A DNA stretch of 38,691 nt from a virus: IMG/VR virus record IMGVR_UViG_3300026902_000002. One strand, 5' to 3'. The first letter of the stretch is position 1, and the number at the start of each line of letters is the position of its first letter. The position numbers and the translations under genes are program-made. Below, piece by piece: positions 13,193 through 22,422 of this stretch. A model generated the notes under the pieces. That model saw nothing but the letters and a program-made list of their open reading frames with translations. It did no database searches and was not told the origin of the DNA.

Positions 13193-13242
13193 TGAGTAAT
13201 TAAAAAACAAGTACCTTAATTTAAAAAATGGAGAATTTAATA

Positions 13243-13986
13243 ATGAGCGACAATACTGTTGTATACCTGCCGAACGTCCGATTGTCTTTCCCTAGGCTAG
13301 TTGAACCCAAGGCGTCTGGAAAAAACCCTAAGCCTGACGCAGTAAAGAAATATTCCGCAGATTTCATACTGGATCCTGTAGAAGACGCAAAGACCATTGC
13401 CAACTTCATGAAGGCGGTGAACGATGTGGCAGTCGCTAAATGGAAAGAGCTTGCCCCGGAAGTGATGAAGATGATTAACGCCGACCGCAAGCAACGAAAC
13501 TATGGCAACGGTTCTGAAAAAATAAGCTCAAGTACGTTCAAGGTGTATGACGGATATGAGGGCAAATTCTTCATCGTGGCAAACAGTATCCGCCAGCCGC
13601 AAATGATACAGTCTGACGGGACACCTATTTCTACCATGGATGACATATACCAAAGTCTTACCAAAAAGCCGCACAGTGGCCAACCGCCACAATTGATGCA
13701 GGCCGACGGAACACCTATTTCTACCATGGAGGGCCGATACCAAAGTCTTGCCAAAAAGATGTATGGTGGGTGCAGGATGAATGTTGCAGTGCAACCATGG
13801 GCGCAAGATAACTCTGGGGAAAGAGGGGGAAAGGGAATACGCTGCGACTTATTAGCGATTCAGTTTTGTGCCGACGATGAGCCATTCGGTGAAATTGCTC
13901 CAGATGTGTCTGGCGCCTTTGGTAAAGTTGCATCTACCAATAAATCAGAGTTTAGTGAAATGTTCGATGGACCAAGTTTCATCTAA
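13243..13986 (+). CDS. DUF2815-like phage ssDNA-binding protein (247 aa) carrying an internal 30-aa duplication
   Basis: N-terminus VVYLPNVRLSFPRLVEPKA and synteny. The start could be 13228 or 13243; 13243 follows GGAG. Confidence 0.7.
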   Translation: MSDNTVVYLPNVRLSFPRLVEPKASGKNPKPDAVKKYSADFILDPVEDAKTIANFMKAVNDVAVAKWKELAPEVMKMINADRKQRNYGNGSEKISSSTFKVYDGYEGKFFIVANSIRQPQMIQSDGTPISTMDDIYQSLTKKPHSGQPPQLMQADGTPISTMEGRYQSLAKKMYGGCRMNVAVQPWAQDNSGERGGKGIRCDLLAIQFCADDEPFGEIAPDVSGAFGKVASTNKSEFSEMFDGPSFI

Positions 13987-13993
13987 GTTACCC

Positions 13994-14026
13994 AACAGGC
14001 CGGCTAAGTAAAGTTTCCGGCCTGTT
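13994..14026 (+). terminator. 10-bp stem-loop AACAGGCCGG..13 nt..CCGGCCTGTT followed by a pyrimidine-rich tract; possible attenuator between the SSB and polymerase genes
   Basis: Direct reading. The trailing CCTTTCCTT is only weakly U-rich. Confidence 0.45.
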
Positions 14027-14057
14027 CCTTTCCTTACTCGATACAGTGGTAAACACA

Positions 14058-15899
14058 ATGTCAATTATATGGGATATTGAAACCTTCCCCAACTGTTTCA
14101 CGTTGGCGGCGGAGCACTCCTGCGCACCATTTAAGTGGATGTTTGAAATTAGTGAATTCCGAGATGATACATCCGACCTTTTCCAATGGTGTGAGTGGTT
14201 GGCAAAGAATGATTACTCAATGGTCGGATTTAATAACATAGGGTTTGATTATATAGTCCTGCACGCGATATTGAGTAACCGTGGAATGCCACCTGGTGAT
14301 ATATACAGGCTTGCCATGGACATAATTGAAGCTGATGACAATGAGAAATTTAAGTTCATTATTTACCCTGATGCCAGATACATAAAACAAATTGACCTCA
14401 TGCGTGTACATCACATGGACAACAAATCAAGACGCACGAGTCTGAAGAAGTTGGAATTTGCAATGAGGTTGGACAATGTATGCACGATGCCTGTTCCATT
14501 TGGTACGCGCCTGACCAAGCCCCAGATTGAGGTACTAAAGCAATATAACGAAAACGACGTACATGCCACCAAGCAGTTCTATAAAGCGAGCGCGAAAGCA
14601 CTAGAGTTTCGCAATGAGCTTAGCCAAAAGTACGGACGGGATTTTTCCAACCATAGCGATGTGGGCATAGGCAAAGACTTCTTTGTGTCAAGATTGGAGG
14701 CAGCTGGCATAGCCTGTTACGACTATTCATCTGGACGCAGAGCACCAAAACAAACAATCAGGAAAGAGATTGTGCTGAATGACGCAATCCTTAAATGGAT
14801 AAAATTCGATCATCCAGAATTCACCAGAATAATCAATTGGCTAAGGAGTCAGGTAGTTACTGAGACAAAAGGTGTGTTCGAGGACTTGACTGCAACAGTT
14901 GGCGGTCTCACCTATGTCTTCGGGATGGGCGGAATACACGCATCCGTCAACAACAGGATTTATGAATCCGATGCAGATCGTTTAATTGTAGACATCGATG
15001 TTGAAGGGTATTACCCGACTACAGGGATTGTTCAGGGGTTCAGGCCAGCCCACTACCCTAAAGAATTTAGTGACATATGGCGCGATATCAAACATCAAAG
15101 ATCTTTGTACAAAAAGGGCACAGCGGAAAATGGCGTGTATAAGTTGGCAGCTAACGGCGCATTCGGTGACATGAATTCCCAATACAGCGTGTTCTATGAC
15201 ACATTGTCCTTCTGTCAAATCACACTCAATGGCCAGATGCTAATGTGTCTGCTTATCGAAAAATTAATCCTCATCGAAGGACTTGATGTAATTCAGGCCA
15301 ACACTGACGGCATCACCGTGTACATCAAGCGGGAAGTACTACCGGAATTAAACTACGCAGTATCCCAGTGGGAAAAACTAACGCAGTTGAAAATGGAGAA
15401 TAACAATTACTCCAAAATGTTCATCAGGGATGTCAATAACTATATTGCGGTGCATGAGGATGGGACAATTAAGCGTAAAGGCGCATATGATTATGCTCCA
15501 GGGTGGCACCAGGATCATGGAATGCTTGTTGTGGCAAAGGTCGCAGAGCAGGTACTCCTTCATGGGAAACCAATTCGGGAAACACTGGAAAACTGGCCAG
15601 ATATCTACGATTTCATGAAGTGCGCAGTAATACCAGCATCGAGTAAGCTATTCTACAACTACAGGCTACCTGATCAGCGACAACTGGAGAACACTCAGCG
15701 GTACTACGTATCGACCACAGGTGGGAAACTTACCAAGGTTATGCCACCACTTCCAAAGAAACCGGATACAGAAAGACCCATTGGTATCGTTTCAGACTGG
15801 ACTGTTTGTCCATGTAATGATATTTCCGATGCAAATCAGCCCATTGACTACGACTACTACGCCCAAGAGGTAGAGAAACTATGTCTATGTCTTGCTTGA
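14058..15899 (+). CDS. DNA polymerase with a DEDD 3'-5' exonuclease domain (613 aa)
   Basis: Exonuclease motifs: ExoI WDIETFPN, ExoII NNIGFDYIVL, ExoIII YNENDVHAT. Palm motifs resemble family B: DIDVEGYYPT (compare DxxSLYPS), KLAANGAFG (compare KxxxNSxYG), QANTDGI (compare DTDS). Confidence 0.85.
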   Translation: MSIIWDIETFPNCFTLAAEHSCAPFKWMFEISEFRDDTSDLFQWCEWLAKNDYSMVGFNNIGFDYIVLHAILSNRGMPPGDIYRLAMDIIEADDNEKFKFIIYPDARYIKQIDLMRVHHMDNKSRRTSLKKLEFAMRLDNVCTMPVPFGTRLTKPQIEVLKQYNENDVHATKQFYKASAKALEFRNELSQKYGRDFSNHSDVGIGKDFFVSRLEAAGIACYDYSSGRRAPKQTIRKEIVLNDAILKWIKFDHPEFTRIINWLRSQVVTETKGVFEDLTATVGGLTYVFGMGGIHASVNNRIYESDADRLIVDIDVEGYYPTTGIVQGFRPAHYPKEFSDIWRDIKHQRSLYKKGTAENGVYKLAANGAFGDMNSQYSVFYDTLSFCQITLNGQMLMCLLIEKLILIEGLDVIQANTDGITVYIKREVLPELNYAVSQWEKLTQLKMENNNYSKMFIRDVNNYIAVHEDGTIKRKGAYDYAPGWHQDHGMLVVAKVAEQVLLHGKPIRETLENWPDIYDFMKCAVIPASSKLFYNYRLPDQRQLENTQRYYVSTTGGKLTKVMPPLPKKPDTERPIGIVSDWTVCPCNDISDANQPIDYDYYAQEVEKLCLCLA

Positions 15900-15921
15900 C
15901 CCACCAATCATTGAGGAAGTT

Positions 15922-17325
15922 ATGCTAACAGTAGATAAATTGCGCGGTTACCAGGCCGACGCCGTAGAGTTTCAGTGTTCTAGACCAGGGAGCGCATTGT
16001 GGTTGGACATGGGACTGGGCAAAACAGTAATTACGTTGACCAGTATCGCTTACCTCATACGAAGTGGGCAGTTAAATGCGGTCATCGTTGTCGCTCCAAT
16101 TCGAGTGGCCCGGCTTGTGTGGCGACAAGAAGCGTTGAAGTGGAGCCATACCAGCCACCTACGATTTTCCATGGTAATGGGATCAAAAGATCAGCGTGTT
16201 CGCGCCCTCTTGCAGCCAGCGGATGTCTATTTAGTAAATTACGAAAACCTCCGATGGCTCAATGACACAATCAATGTTTATTTTCGCAAAAAGGGCAAAC
16301 CGTTACCTATTGATGGAATAGCGTTTGATGAGGTGTCACTGTGTAAAAATAGTGGTACTGAGCGAGTCAAATCATTAATGAAGAGCTTTCCTCACTTCAA
16401 GTGGCGCACTGGACTAACAGGAACACCTGCTGGAGAAGGGTATAAAGATTTGCATGGTCAATACTTGGTGCTGGACGGTGGCGCCAGGTTAGGTACATCG
16501 AAGGTTAAATTTATGACTGATTTTTACAGAAGCGAAGGGTACAAGCAAGTACCGTATTCAGATACACCGGACAGAATTAAACGGCTTATTGCAGACATGA
16601 CAATGGAAATGACTGCTGCTGAACACAACCCCCTACCTGACTTAGTGGTTAATGATATTGAGGTGGATCTCCCTGCAAAAGTCAGGGAAAAGTACGATAT
16701 GTTGGAGCGTGAGCTATTTGTGAAACTGGATAGCGGTGAGAGTATAGAAGTAATCAACAAAGTTGGCCTTCTTCCAAAGTTGTTCCAGTTCAGCAATGGC
16801 GCAGTGTATCTCGCACCAGGCGAACCGGCTTATGAAGACATCCATGATGCAAAAATTGAGGCGCTGGAGGACATCATAGAAGAAAGTGCCGGTAGTCCGA
16901 TACTGTGCGCATATTCGTTCAGAAGTGACGCCGAGCGGATAATGAAGAGGTTTGCCCACATTGACCCAATTAACCTAACTTCTTGCAAGACAGAAAGATC
17001 ACTACTTGACGCAATGACTAGATGGAAAAGTGGAAATTGCAGACTGATGATAGGACATCCTGCATCAATGGGGCATGGAATAGACGGTCTTCAGGATGCC
17101 GGGAATATCCTCGTGTGGTTTGGGCTAACCTGGTCGCATTCCCAACTTTGCCAGTTCAATGCCCGTTTACGCAGGCAGGGCCAGAATAAGCCAGTGATTT
17201 GCCATAGAATAATCTGCCGGGATACAGCAGACTATCTACAGCTCGCAATGCTTACAGACAAAGGTGAGACCCAAGACGACCTAAGAGCGGCACTGAGCAA
17301 ATATCGAAAAGAAAGGGGCATGTAA
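15922..17325 (+). CDS. SNF2-family helicase/translocase (467 aa)
   Basis: LDMGLGKT (motif I), AFDEVS (II), LTGTP (III), QFNARLRRQGQ (VI). The track start is a TTG (15892), so I prefer the ATG at 15922. Confidence 0.85.
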   Translation: MLTVDKLRGYQADAVEFQCSRPGSALWLDMGLGKTVITLTSIAYLIRSGQLNAVIVVAPIRVARLVWRQEALKWSHTSHLRFSMVMGSKDQRVRALLQPADVYLVNYENLRWLNDTINVYFRKKGKPLPIDGIAFDEVSLCKNSGTERVKSLMKSFPHFKWRTGLTGTPAGEGYKDLHGQYLVLDGGARLGTSKVKFMTDFYRSEGYKQVPYSDTPDRIKRLIADMTMEMTAAEHNPLPDLVVNDIEVDLPAKVREKYDMLERELFVKLDSGESIEVINKVGLLPKLFQFSNGAVYLAPGEPAYEDIHDAKIEALEDIIEESAGSPILCAYSFRSDAERIMKRFAHIDPINLTSCKTERSLLDAMTRWKSGNCRLMIGHPASMGHGIDGLQDAGNILVWFGLTWSHSQLCQFNARLRRQGQNKPVICHRIICRDTADYLQLAMLTDKGETQDDLRAALSKYRKERGM

Positions 17326-17327
17326 AC

Positions 17328-17630
17328 CTATGGCAGTTCGCCGAGGCCGATATCCCATGTTCCCACAATATTGCTTACTGCCACCCTGTACATTCCGGCA
17401 GCAAGATCTACGATAAACGCAGTGTTGCCCGTAAGGGTTGTTCTTGAGTTGGCATCTGGAATAATTACCCAGTTGCCGAAACCCGTCTTCATTTGAAGCT
17501 GTCCAGCAAACGTTGGTGATGCGCCAGCGGTATTCGCAAGATAAAACGAAAACGGGCCATCCATTCTTACGCCTTCATTTGATGGAACATTTAGTGCGTT
17601 ATCTGCACTTGTTACCTGTGCTGTAAACAT
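17328..17630 (-). CDS. 100-aa late protein, unknown function (last gene of the late operon)
   Basis: ORF track; tight spacing with upstream late genes. Confidence 0.65.
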   Translation of the reverse strand: MFTAQVTSADNALNVPSNEGVRMDGPFSFYLANTAGASPTFAGQLQMKTGFGNWVIIPDANSRTTLTGNTAFIVDLAAGMYRVAVSNIVGTWDIGLGELP

Positions 17631-17639
17631 TTCATACCC

Positions 17640-17999
17640 TCACGAATGGCCGATTGCGGCAGAGTTAATTACGAGCGTGGTAGTTATACTAAGCGAGTCC
17701 AGAATCAATGCCGCCTGACTGCCTGCAACACCTACGGTTATCGCATCGCGCACCATTGTGCCATCTGCCTTTGTTATCTTTGCGCTTGCTGCGGTGCCTG
17801 CCGTAATTCCGGTGCCAGTCTTAGGGAATCCAGAGAATGTCAGCGTGTCCGTTGTCGTGGTCGGCGCACACGTTGCATCGAATGTTATTGTCCCCAGAGC
17901 TGTACCAGAGGAATTAACAACTACCAACTTACCACTGGTGCCGATTGCTGCGATATAGGCATTCATTTGTCCGGCTTTAAGTTCTGTAGAAAGTGCCAT
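17640..17999 (-). CDS. 119-aa Thr/Gly/Ala-rich late protein, probably virion- or tail-associated
   Basis: ORF track; position next to the tail genes. Confidence 0.65.
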   Translation of the reverse strand: MALSTELKAGQMNAYIAAIGTSGKLVVVNSSGTALGTITFDATCAPTTTTDTLTFSGFPKTGTGITAGTAASAKITKADGTMVRDAITVGVAGSQAALILDSLSITTTLVINSAAIGHS

Positions 18000-18017
18000 T
18001 GGGTAGTGCCTCCGTTA

Positions 18018-19130
18018 TTAAGGGTTCGTTCTGACTACTTGTAGTCGGTATGTTTTAACTATTGAAAAATCCGATGTTTCTATTGAAAGGTACAACCAGT
18101 CACCAACGCTTATATTTAACCCACTGGCCAAATTGACAACGAGTGTACCTGTGCCATCGGTTGTCTCATTTGTTAAGTTTGCAATAACACTGGTCGCGTT
18201 GGACGCGGTCCTTACAGAAACAATCAGCCCTGTTAAATTTGTTTTCAGCAGGTCACTGTCAGTATCTCTCAGTTGAAGACTGAATCCTTTTACGGCTGCT
18301 TCACCTGTTCCAATGAATGTTCCAGTAACATTGTCGGTCAATAGAAACGTGCCATTGAGAGTAGCAGTTGTTTCTCTAATAACAACGACAAAAGTTACGC
18401 CACGGTTGAAACCACTTGTGTTATAAAGTGTAGCACCAATGGTCGGCGCCACTGAGCCAGATCCGGCCGTGCATGTTGTACGGCATGTAAATCCGCTTAC
18501 CCTGGCCCCGCTTGAGTAAATCGTTTCATTGTCTTCCACAACTGTGTCGAAAGTAGATCCTGTTTGCGAAATTGTCTCTGCACTGAAATCGGGGTCGTTC
18601 ACGGCGTTTGTGCAGGTCAGTCCGATCAGCACATGATCCCCGGACGTGATTCCAATTGCATTAGTTAGCGTATTCGTCCACGCGGTAGTAGCGGGAGCCG
18701 CCGCCTCTTCTCCAACAGATGCAGTTACCCCCCATGATCCAGTAGCGTTTGAATATCTGAGTATCTGAGCATATCCAACGTCTAGCCCACTTACATCTAC
18801 CGTTATATTTGTACCACCTTCTGTGCCCGCTGCCACTTTGTAGAACAGCTTATGCCCGACGTTGCCGGTTCCGGTCGCTTGCGCATCTCCGTAGCCTCCG
18901 CCGAGGGCAGAGCTAAGAAGCGTAAAGCCCGCTGGCGTGGACACTGTGTCACGCCAGAGAGGAGCTGACCCGAATAGCAAAGGCTTGTATGACACTCTGA
19001 GAATTAAAATATCACCGGCGGTGACTGTTGTTGGTGCAGGCACAGGCGCAGAATAAGGAGCGCCGTATTCCGTTCCGCCTGAGACCGGGAAATTAAAAAG
19101 CGTGCCGGGCGTTTGTCTTGTAATTGCCAT
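18018..19130 (-). CDS. 370-aa Thr/Gly-rich late protein, probably tail-associated
   Basis: ORF 18018..19136 (TTG start) trimmed to the ATG at 19130, which overlaps the upstream stop as TAATG. Confidence 0.7.
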   Translation of the reverse strand: MAITRQTPGTLFNFPVSGGTEYGAPYSAPVPAPTTVTAGDILILRVSYKPLLFGSAPLWRDTVSTPAGFTLLSSALGGGYGDAQATGTGNVGHKLFYKVAAGTEGGTNITVDVSGLDVGYAQILRYSNATGSWGVTASVGEEAAAPATTAWTNTLTNAIGITSGDHVLIGLTCTNAVNDPDFSAETISQTGSTFDTVVEDNETIYSSGARVSGFTCRTTCTAGSGSVAPTIGATLYNTSGFNRGVTFVVVIRETTATLNGTFLLTDNVTGTFIGTGEAAVKGFSLQLRDTDSDLLKTNLTGLIVSVRTASNATSVIANLTNETTDGTGTLVVNLASGLNISVGDWLYLSIETSDFSIVKTYRLQVVRTNP

Positions 19131-21274
19131 TACCAATCTACTCCTACTTTCATATGTCCGAGTCCAACCGGCTTTCCGGCATACCCTAGCGTATTAGTCC
19201 AACGGTAGTCATAAGTTGCCGCGCTTGTGTAAGCCGGCACTGTAGCTGTCTCTGTAGAGTTTTTGTCAGGCTCTTGCATAAGCACTTGATTGTCTGTGAC
19301 ACCACTGCCGACTTTATTTACAGCCTGCCACGCTGCCAGCGTCGTGTAATTCACAGTGCCGTTATATATGTGCGTGCTCCACGTCTTGGTCCCATTTACA
19401 TACAAACAGTAGTCGCCATATTCGAGTCGCGATAGAAAAGCCCCGTTCCCATTGCTTCCCCATTGCGCGCTTGAGTCTTCGCTGATGTTATTGAAATAGC
19501 GCACATGATCGCCGTCGAGACTTCCGATATAGCCGTTCATTCGAGCGACACAGTTGTATACGTCGATACGGTCAGACTGGGCGCTGGCTGGCCCGTCCAT
19601 GTATATCCCGACAAGAGCCACTTTCCCCCCTACTCCAGCACGTGTATTACCATCGGTTACACAGTATCCTATTACCGCTTTTAACGTTGGGGGTGAGCCT
19701 GAGCCAGCGTTTGATAGAATTATAGCTGCCGCTTTCACTCGCTTAAACAGACAGTGCTTTACTGTATAAGTGAAGTATCCGACATTGACGCCTTGTCCAC
19801 CAGGTGCATTTTTTTGATACAGCCCATATTCGCCGTTATCTGTAGTGCAGCCAATTATTCTCATGCCGTAGCTATGAAAAGACTGAATAGACCCCTCAAG
19901 GTTCATCGGTATTACGGTCCCCAGATATGGCCCCGGTGTGGCAGATGGCCATAGCGATGGGCCACCGCCGCTTTCATAAGTGTACGCTTCTGACGCTGTG
20001 CACGAGTCATAGATGCAATCATATGATGCGTCAAAGCGGATATTGTGGACGTTAGACCCCTCTGCGGCCACCCATTGTGATTTCATGCGCCATAAAACAA
20101 TATGATGAATGTAGTTATAGTCATCAGCATATCCACCTATGCCGCCGTGGATTGAATCCATCCCAATCATCCAAATATGCGAAGCATATCTGCCACACAT
20201 TATGCCGCCTTTTTTGCTCAGATAAGGCGAGTACTGAGTTGCGCCGTTAACGTCAACGTAATTTCTACCCAGGTCATTATCAAATACCGGTCGACCTGTG
20301 TTGCTTGGGTTCGGTAGTACGATTAGCGGATTAGTAACGGTGCATAGGTTTTCAAATATGAAAGCTCCACCATATGCCGTAGAAGACTTATTTGCTCCAG
20401 AGTCCTGATAAGCTCCGTTAGCGTCTGATACATATAGCACGCCACCAGAGTTGCCCATTTGAGTAGCCGCATAGGACGGACTACGCCACGGATTACCTGC
20501 GCTGCCATCACCAGTTGTATTGCCATTCGATTCAACCCCCGCGCCTAGCGATAACAAATGCTTGGCGCCTGCTACAGTGCCCGTTCCTTGCAGCCAGATA
20601 TAGCAGTATTCATTTCGTGCAGTGCCGGTGCCATTAGGGATATAATTACTCAGCTTGAGTCCGATTATGCCGAAGCCGGTTGGAATAGATGTAACGTTAA
20701 CCGTGACTTTCTTCCAGCCTATTTCTCCGTCTGAAAATGTCACTACTTGCGAAACTGGTGAGTAGTGGGCGCCACTTCTTGCCCCGCCAGTGAGTACCTC
20801 AAACGTAGTTATCGTTGTGCTGATACTGCCGGTTTCCCCCAGTACGCGCTCAACGTAAAAATCTACAGCACCGGCTGCCGACACTTCGAAAATTGCAGCA
20901 CCTTTGTGATTCTGAGCATTTGCGAAATACACTGGATCAATGTACCCGGCCTGTGCGGATTTGCGCGCACCTGTTGCCTGAGCCGACCAACTGTAATCTG
21001 AAAACGTTTGTACCTGAGTAGTTCCTGCCCCGGCAAATGTCCCCTGTACTGAATCCAACAAAGACATCCACCCATTGTTCACCACTGCGGGAGGAGGAGC
21101 GGTCACCGTACTATCGTACAATCTAATTGCACTCTTGATGCTCGGTTTTATTGCCTGCCGAATGGACTGATTAGCTGAACCAATTTCCGCTTGGATTAAC
21201 GATGCCCACTCGTCACTACCGAATCTGTATCCGGTTATCGGGTGGATATCTGTACCAAATCGGTATATTGTCAT
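19130..21274 (-). CDS. 714-aa tailspike-like or receptor-binding protein; a beta-helix/depolymerase fold is only suspected
   Basis: Size, Gly/Asn/Thr-rich composition, position among tail genes, and ATGA coupling to the endolysin. Confidence 0.6.
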   Translation of the reverse strand: MTIYRFGTDIHPITGYRFGSDEWASLIQAEIGSANQSIRQAIKPSIKSAIRLYDSTVTAPPPAVVNNGWMSLLDSVQGTFAGAGTTQVQTFSDYSWSAQATGARKSAQAGYIDPVYFANAQNHKGAAIFEVSAAGAVDFYVERVLGETGSISTTITTFEVLTGGARSGAHYSPVSQVVTFSDGEIGWKKVTVNVTSIPTGFGIIGLKLSNYIPNGTGTARNEYCYIWLQGTGTVAGAKHLLSLGAGVESNGNTTGDGSAGNPWRSPSYAATQMGNSGGVLYVSDANGAYQDSGANKSSTAYGGAFIFENLCTVTNPLIVLPNPSNTGRPVFDNDLGRNYVDVNGATQYSPYLSKKGGIMCGRYASHIWMIGMDSIHGGIGGYADDYNYIHHIVLWRMKSQWVAAEGSNVHNIRFDASYDCIYDSCTASEAYTYESGGGPSLWPSATPGPYLGTVIPMNLEGSIQSFHSYGMRIIGCTTDNGEYGLYQKNAPGGQGVNVGYFTYTVKHCLFKRVKAAAIILSNAGSGSPPTLKAVIGYCVTDGNTRAGVGGKVALVGIYMDGPASAQSDRIDVYNCVARMNGYIGSLDGDHVRYFNNISEDSSAQWGSNGNGAFLSRLEYGDYCLYVNGTKTWSTHIYNGTVNYTTLAAWQAVNKVGSGVTDNQVLMQEPDKNSTETATVPAYTSAATYDYRWTNTLGYAGKPVGLGHMKVGVDW

Positions 21275-21825
21275 AAACCAAGTACCCTATTTTTAAACCA
21301 GCCGTATATGAATTTCTCGTCCTTTGTCCGACGCTCTGCCAGCTCAATCAGGTAATTTCCGTACAGGCATTTCACCATACCGCGAAGAACAAGAACTCCT
21401 TCTCCGCCCCGACGCTTGGTATAGGCAGCAAGGCACATTGTTGTAACTTCTCCAATGGTGCCATCTACCTTTATGTCTGGAAAATAATCACCGTCCAAGT
21501 TCAGGACATTGAGGCATCGCTGTAACATTTTAATAACTGTACCTGCTCCAGTCGGTGCAGCATAATCGAACATTTCAGCGGCAAGTTCGGGACTAAACCT
21601 CTCTACTTTCGAGAACCCAGGTTCGACCCAATTCATTGCCATGTATATATCAACGGCCTTTCCTCTGGGCAGTTCGCGCATGTCGCCCGTATACCCATAT
21701 AATCTGGCTGTCTTTTTTGTAATCCCCCATCGTGTAGGCCCACCTGAATCACTCGGGTCATCTGTGTAGCGGCCATTGCCTTCCTTGGCGATCGTATCGT
21801 CGATCAGCTTCATCACTGTGATCAT
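21271..21825 (-). CDS. Endolysin: glycoside hydrolase family 108 N-terminal domain plus a PG_binding_3-like C-terminal domain (184 aa)
   Basis: IAKEGNGRYTDDPSDSGGPTRWGIT (the GH108 EGG..D.GG.T..GI signature) and DGTIGEVT. The start is taken at the ATGA overlap with the upstream gene; the longer 306-aa ORF is rejected. Confidence 0.8.
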   Translation of the reverse strand: MITVMKLIDDTIAKEGNGRYTDDPSDSGGPTRWGITKKTARLYGYTGDMRELPRGKAVDIYMAMNWVEPGFSKVERFSPELAAEMFDYAAPTGAGTVIKMLQRCLNVLNLDGDYFPDIKVDGTIGEVTTMCLAAYTKRRGGEGVLVLRGMVKCLYGNYLIELAERRTKDEKFIYGWFKNRVLGL

Positions 21826-22079
21826 TTTTTGACATCCGTTGCTTGTATATTTTTCTGCTTTATCAATCTGGATACAACGGATAGTAGGGATACCAATACG
21901 CCAACCAGTGGTACATATTGTACGGGGATCATTGCCTTTAGTGAATCTGGGATAGCGTTCCACAACTGAAGAGCGGCATCTGGAGAGGCTACAAGAAATC
22001 CAGTGGCTCCTACACCAAGCGTACCCAATTGAACAGATAGCATCTTCGGTGACTGTTTGATATTGTCGATAAATTTCAT
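21822..22079 (-). CDS. 85-aa two-TM membrane protein (second holin, antiholin or other lysis accessory)
   Basis: ORF track; ATGA overlaps on both sides. TM candidates: LGTLGVGATGFLVA and VPLVGVLVSLLSVV. Confidence 0.65.
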   Translation of the reverse strand: MKFIDNIKQSPKMLSVQLGTLGVGATGFLVASPDAALQLWNAIPDSLKAMIPVQYVPLVGVLVSLLSVVSRLIKQKNIQATDVKK

Positions 22080-22405
22080 TCTTTGTCCCCATTCTTACCG
22101 AATATTTGACGGTGTATTGCCTCAAATCCCGAAATTGCGCGGGTACCCATGTGACCAGATATGGCGATAAGTATGGCAGACATTGTATCACTGATACCAG
22201 CAGTTAGACAAAAATAATATGTCAATAGGCCAGCGAAAGACGATGTGATTAAATCAAATGCCAACTCCCGCCAAGAGAAGATCCGTCCTCTCCTTACAGA
22301 TTGGATATAGTTAACAATACCGCCCCACAAAGATAAAAAAATTGTACTGATGTATGGTCCAATGTGATGAATAAATTCGAAAATGCCAGGGTCTTTATCG
22401 TGCAT
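22076..22405 (-). CDS. 109-aa three-TM holin-like protein (LydA-type pattern)
   Basis: ORF 22076..22489 trimmed to the ATG that follows GGAGGA. Three hydrophobic segments; directly upstream of the endolysin. Confidence 0.65.
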   Translation of the reverse strand: MHDKDPGIFEFIHHIGPYISTIFLSLWGGIVNYIQSVRRGRIFSWRELAFDLITSSFAGLLTYYFCLTAGISDTMSAILIAISGHMGTRAISGFEAIHRQIFGKNGDKE

Positions 22406-22422
22406 TGATCCTCCAAGGTTAA

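Noticed and set aside
21826-22191. N-terminal 122-aa extension of the endolysin ORF (track ORF 21271..22191)
   Set aside because: The extension overlaps the two membrane-protein genes in another frame and has no GH108 similarity. The ATG at 21825 forms an ATGA overlap with the upstream stop and begins right before the GH108 signature.
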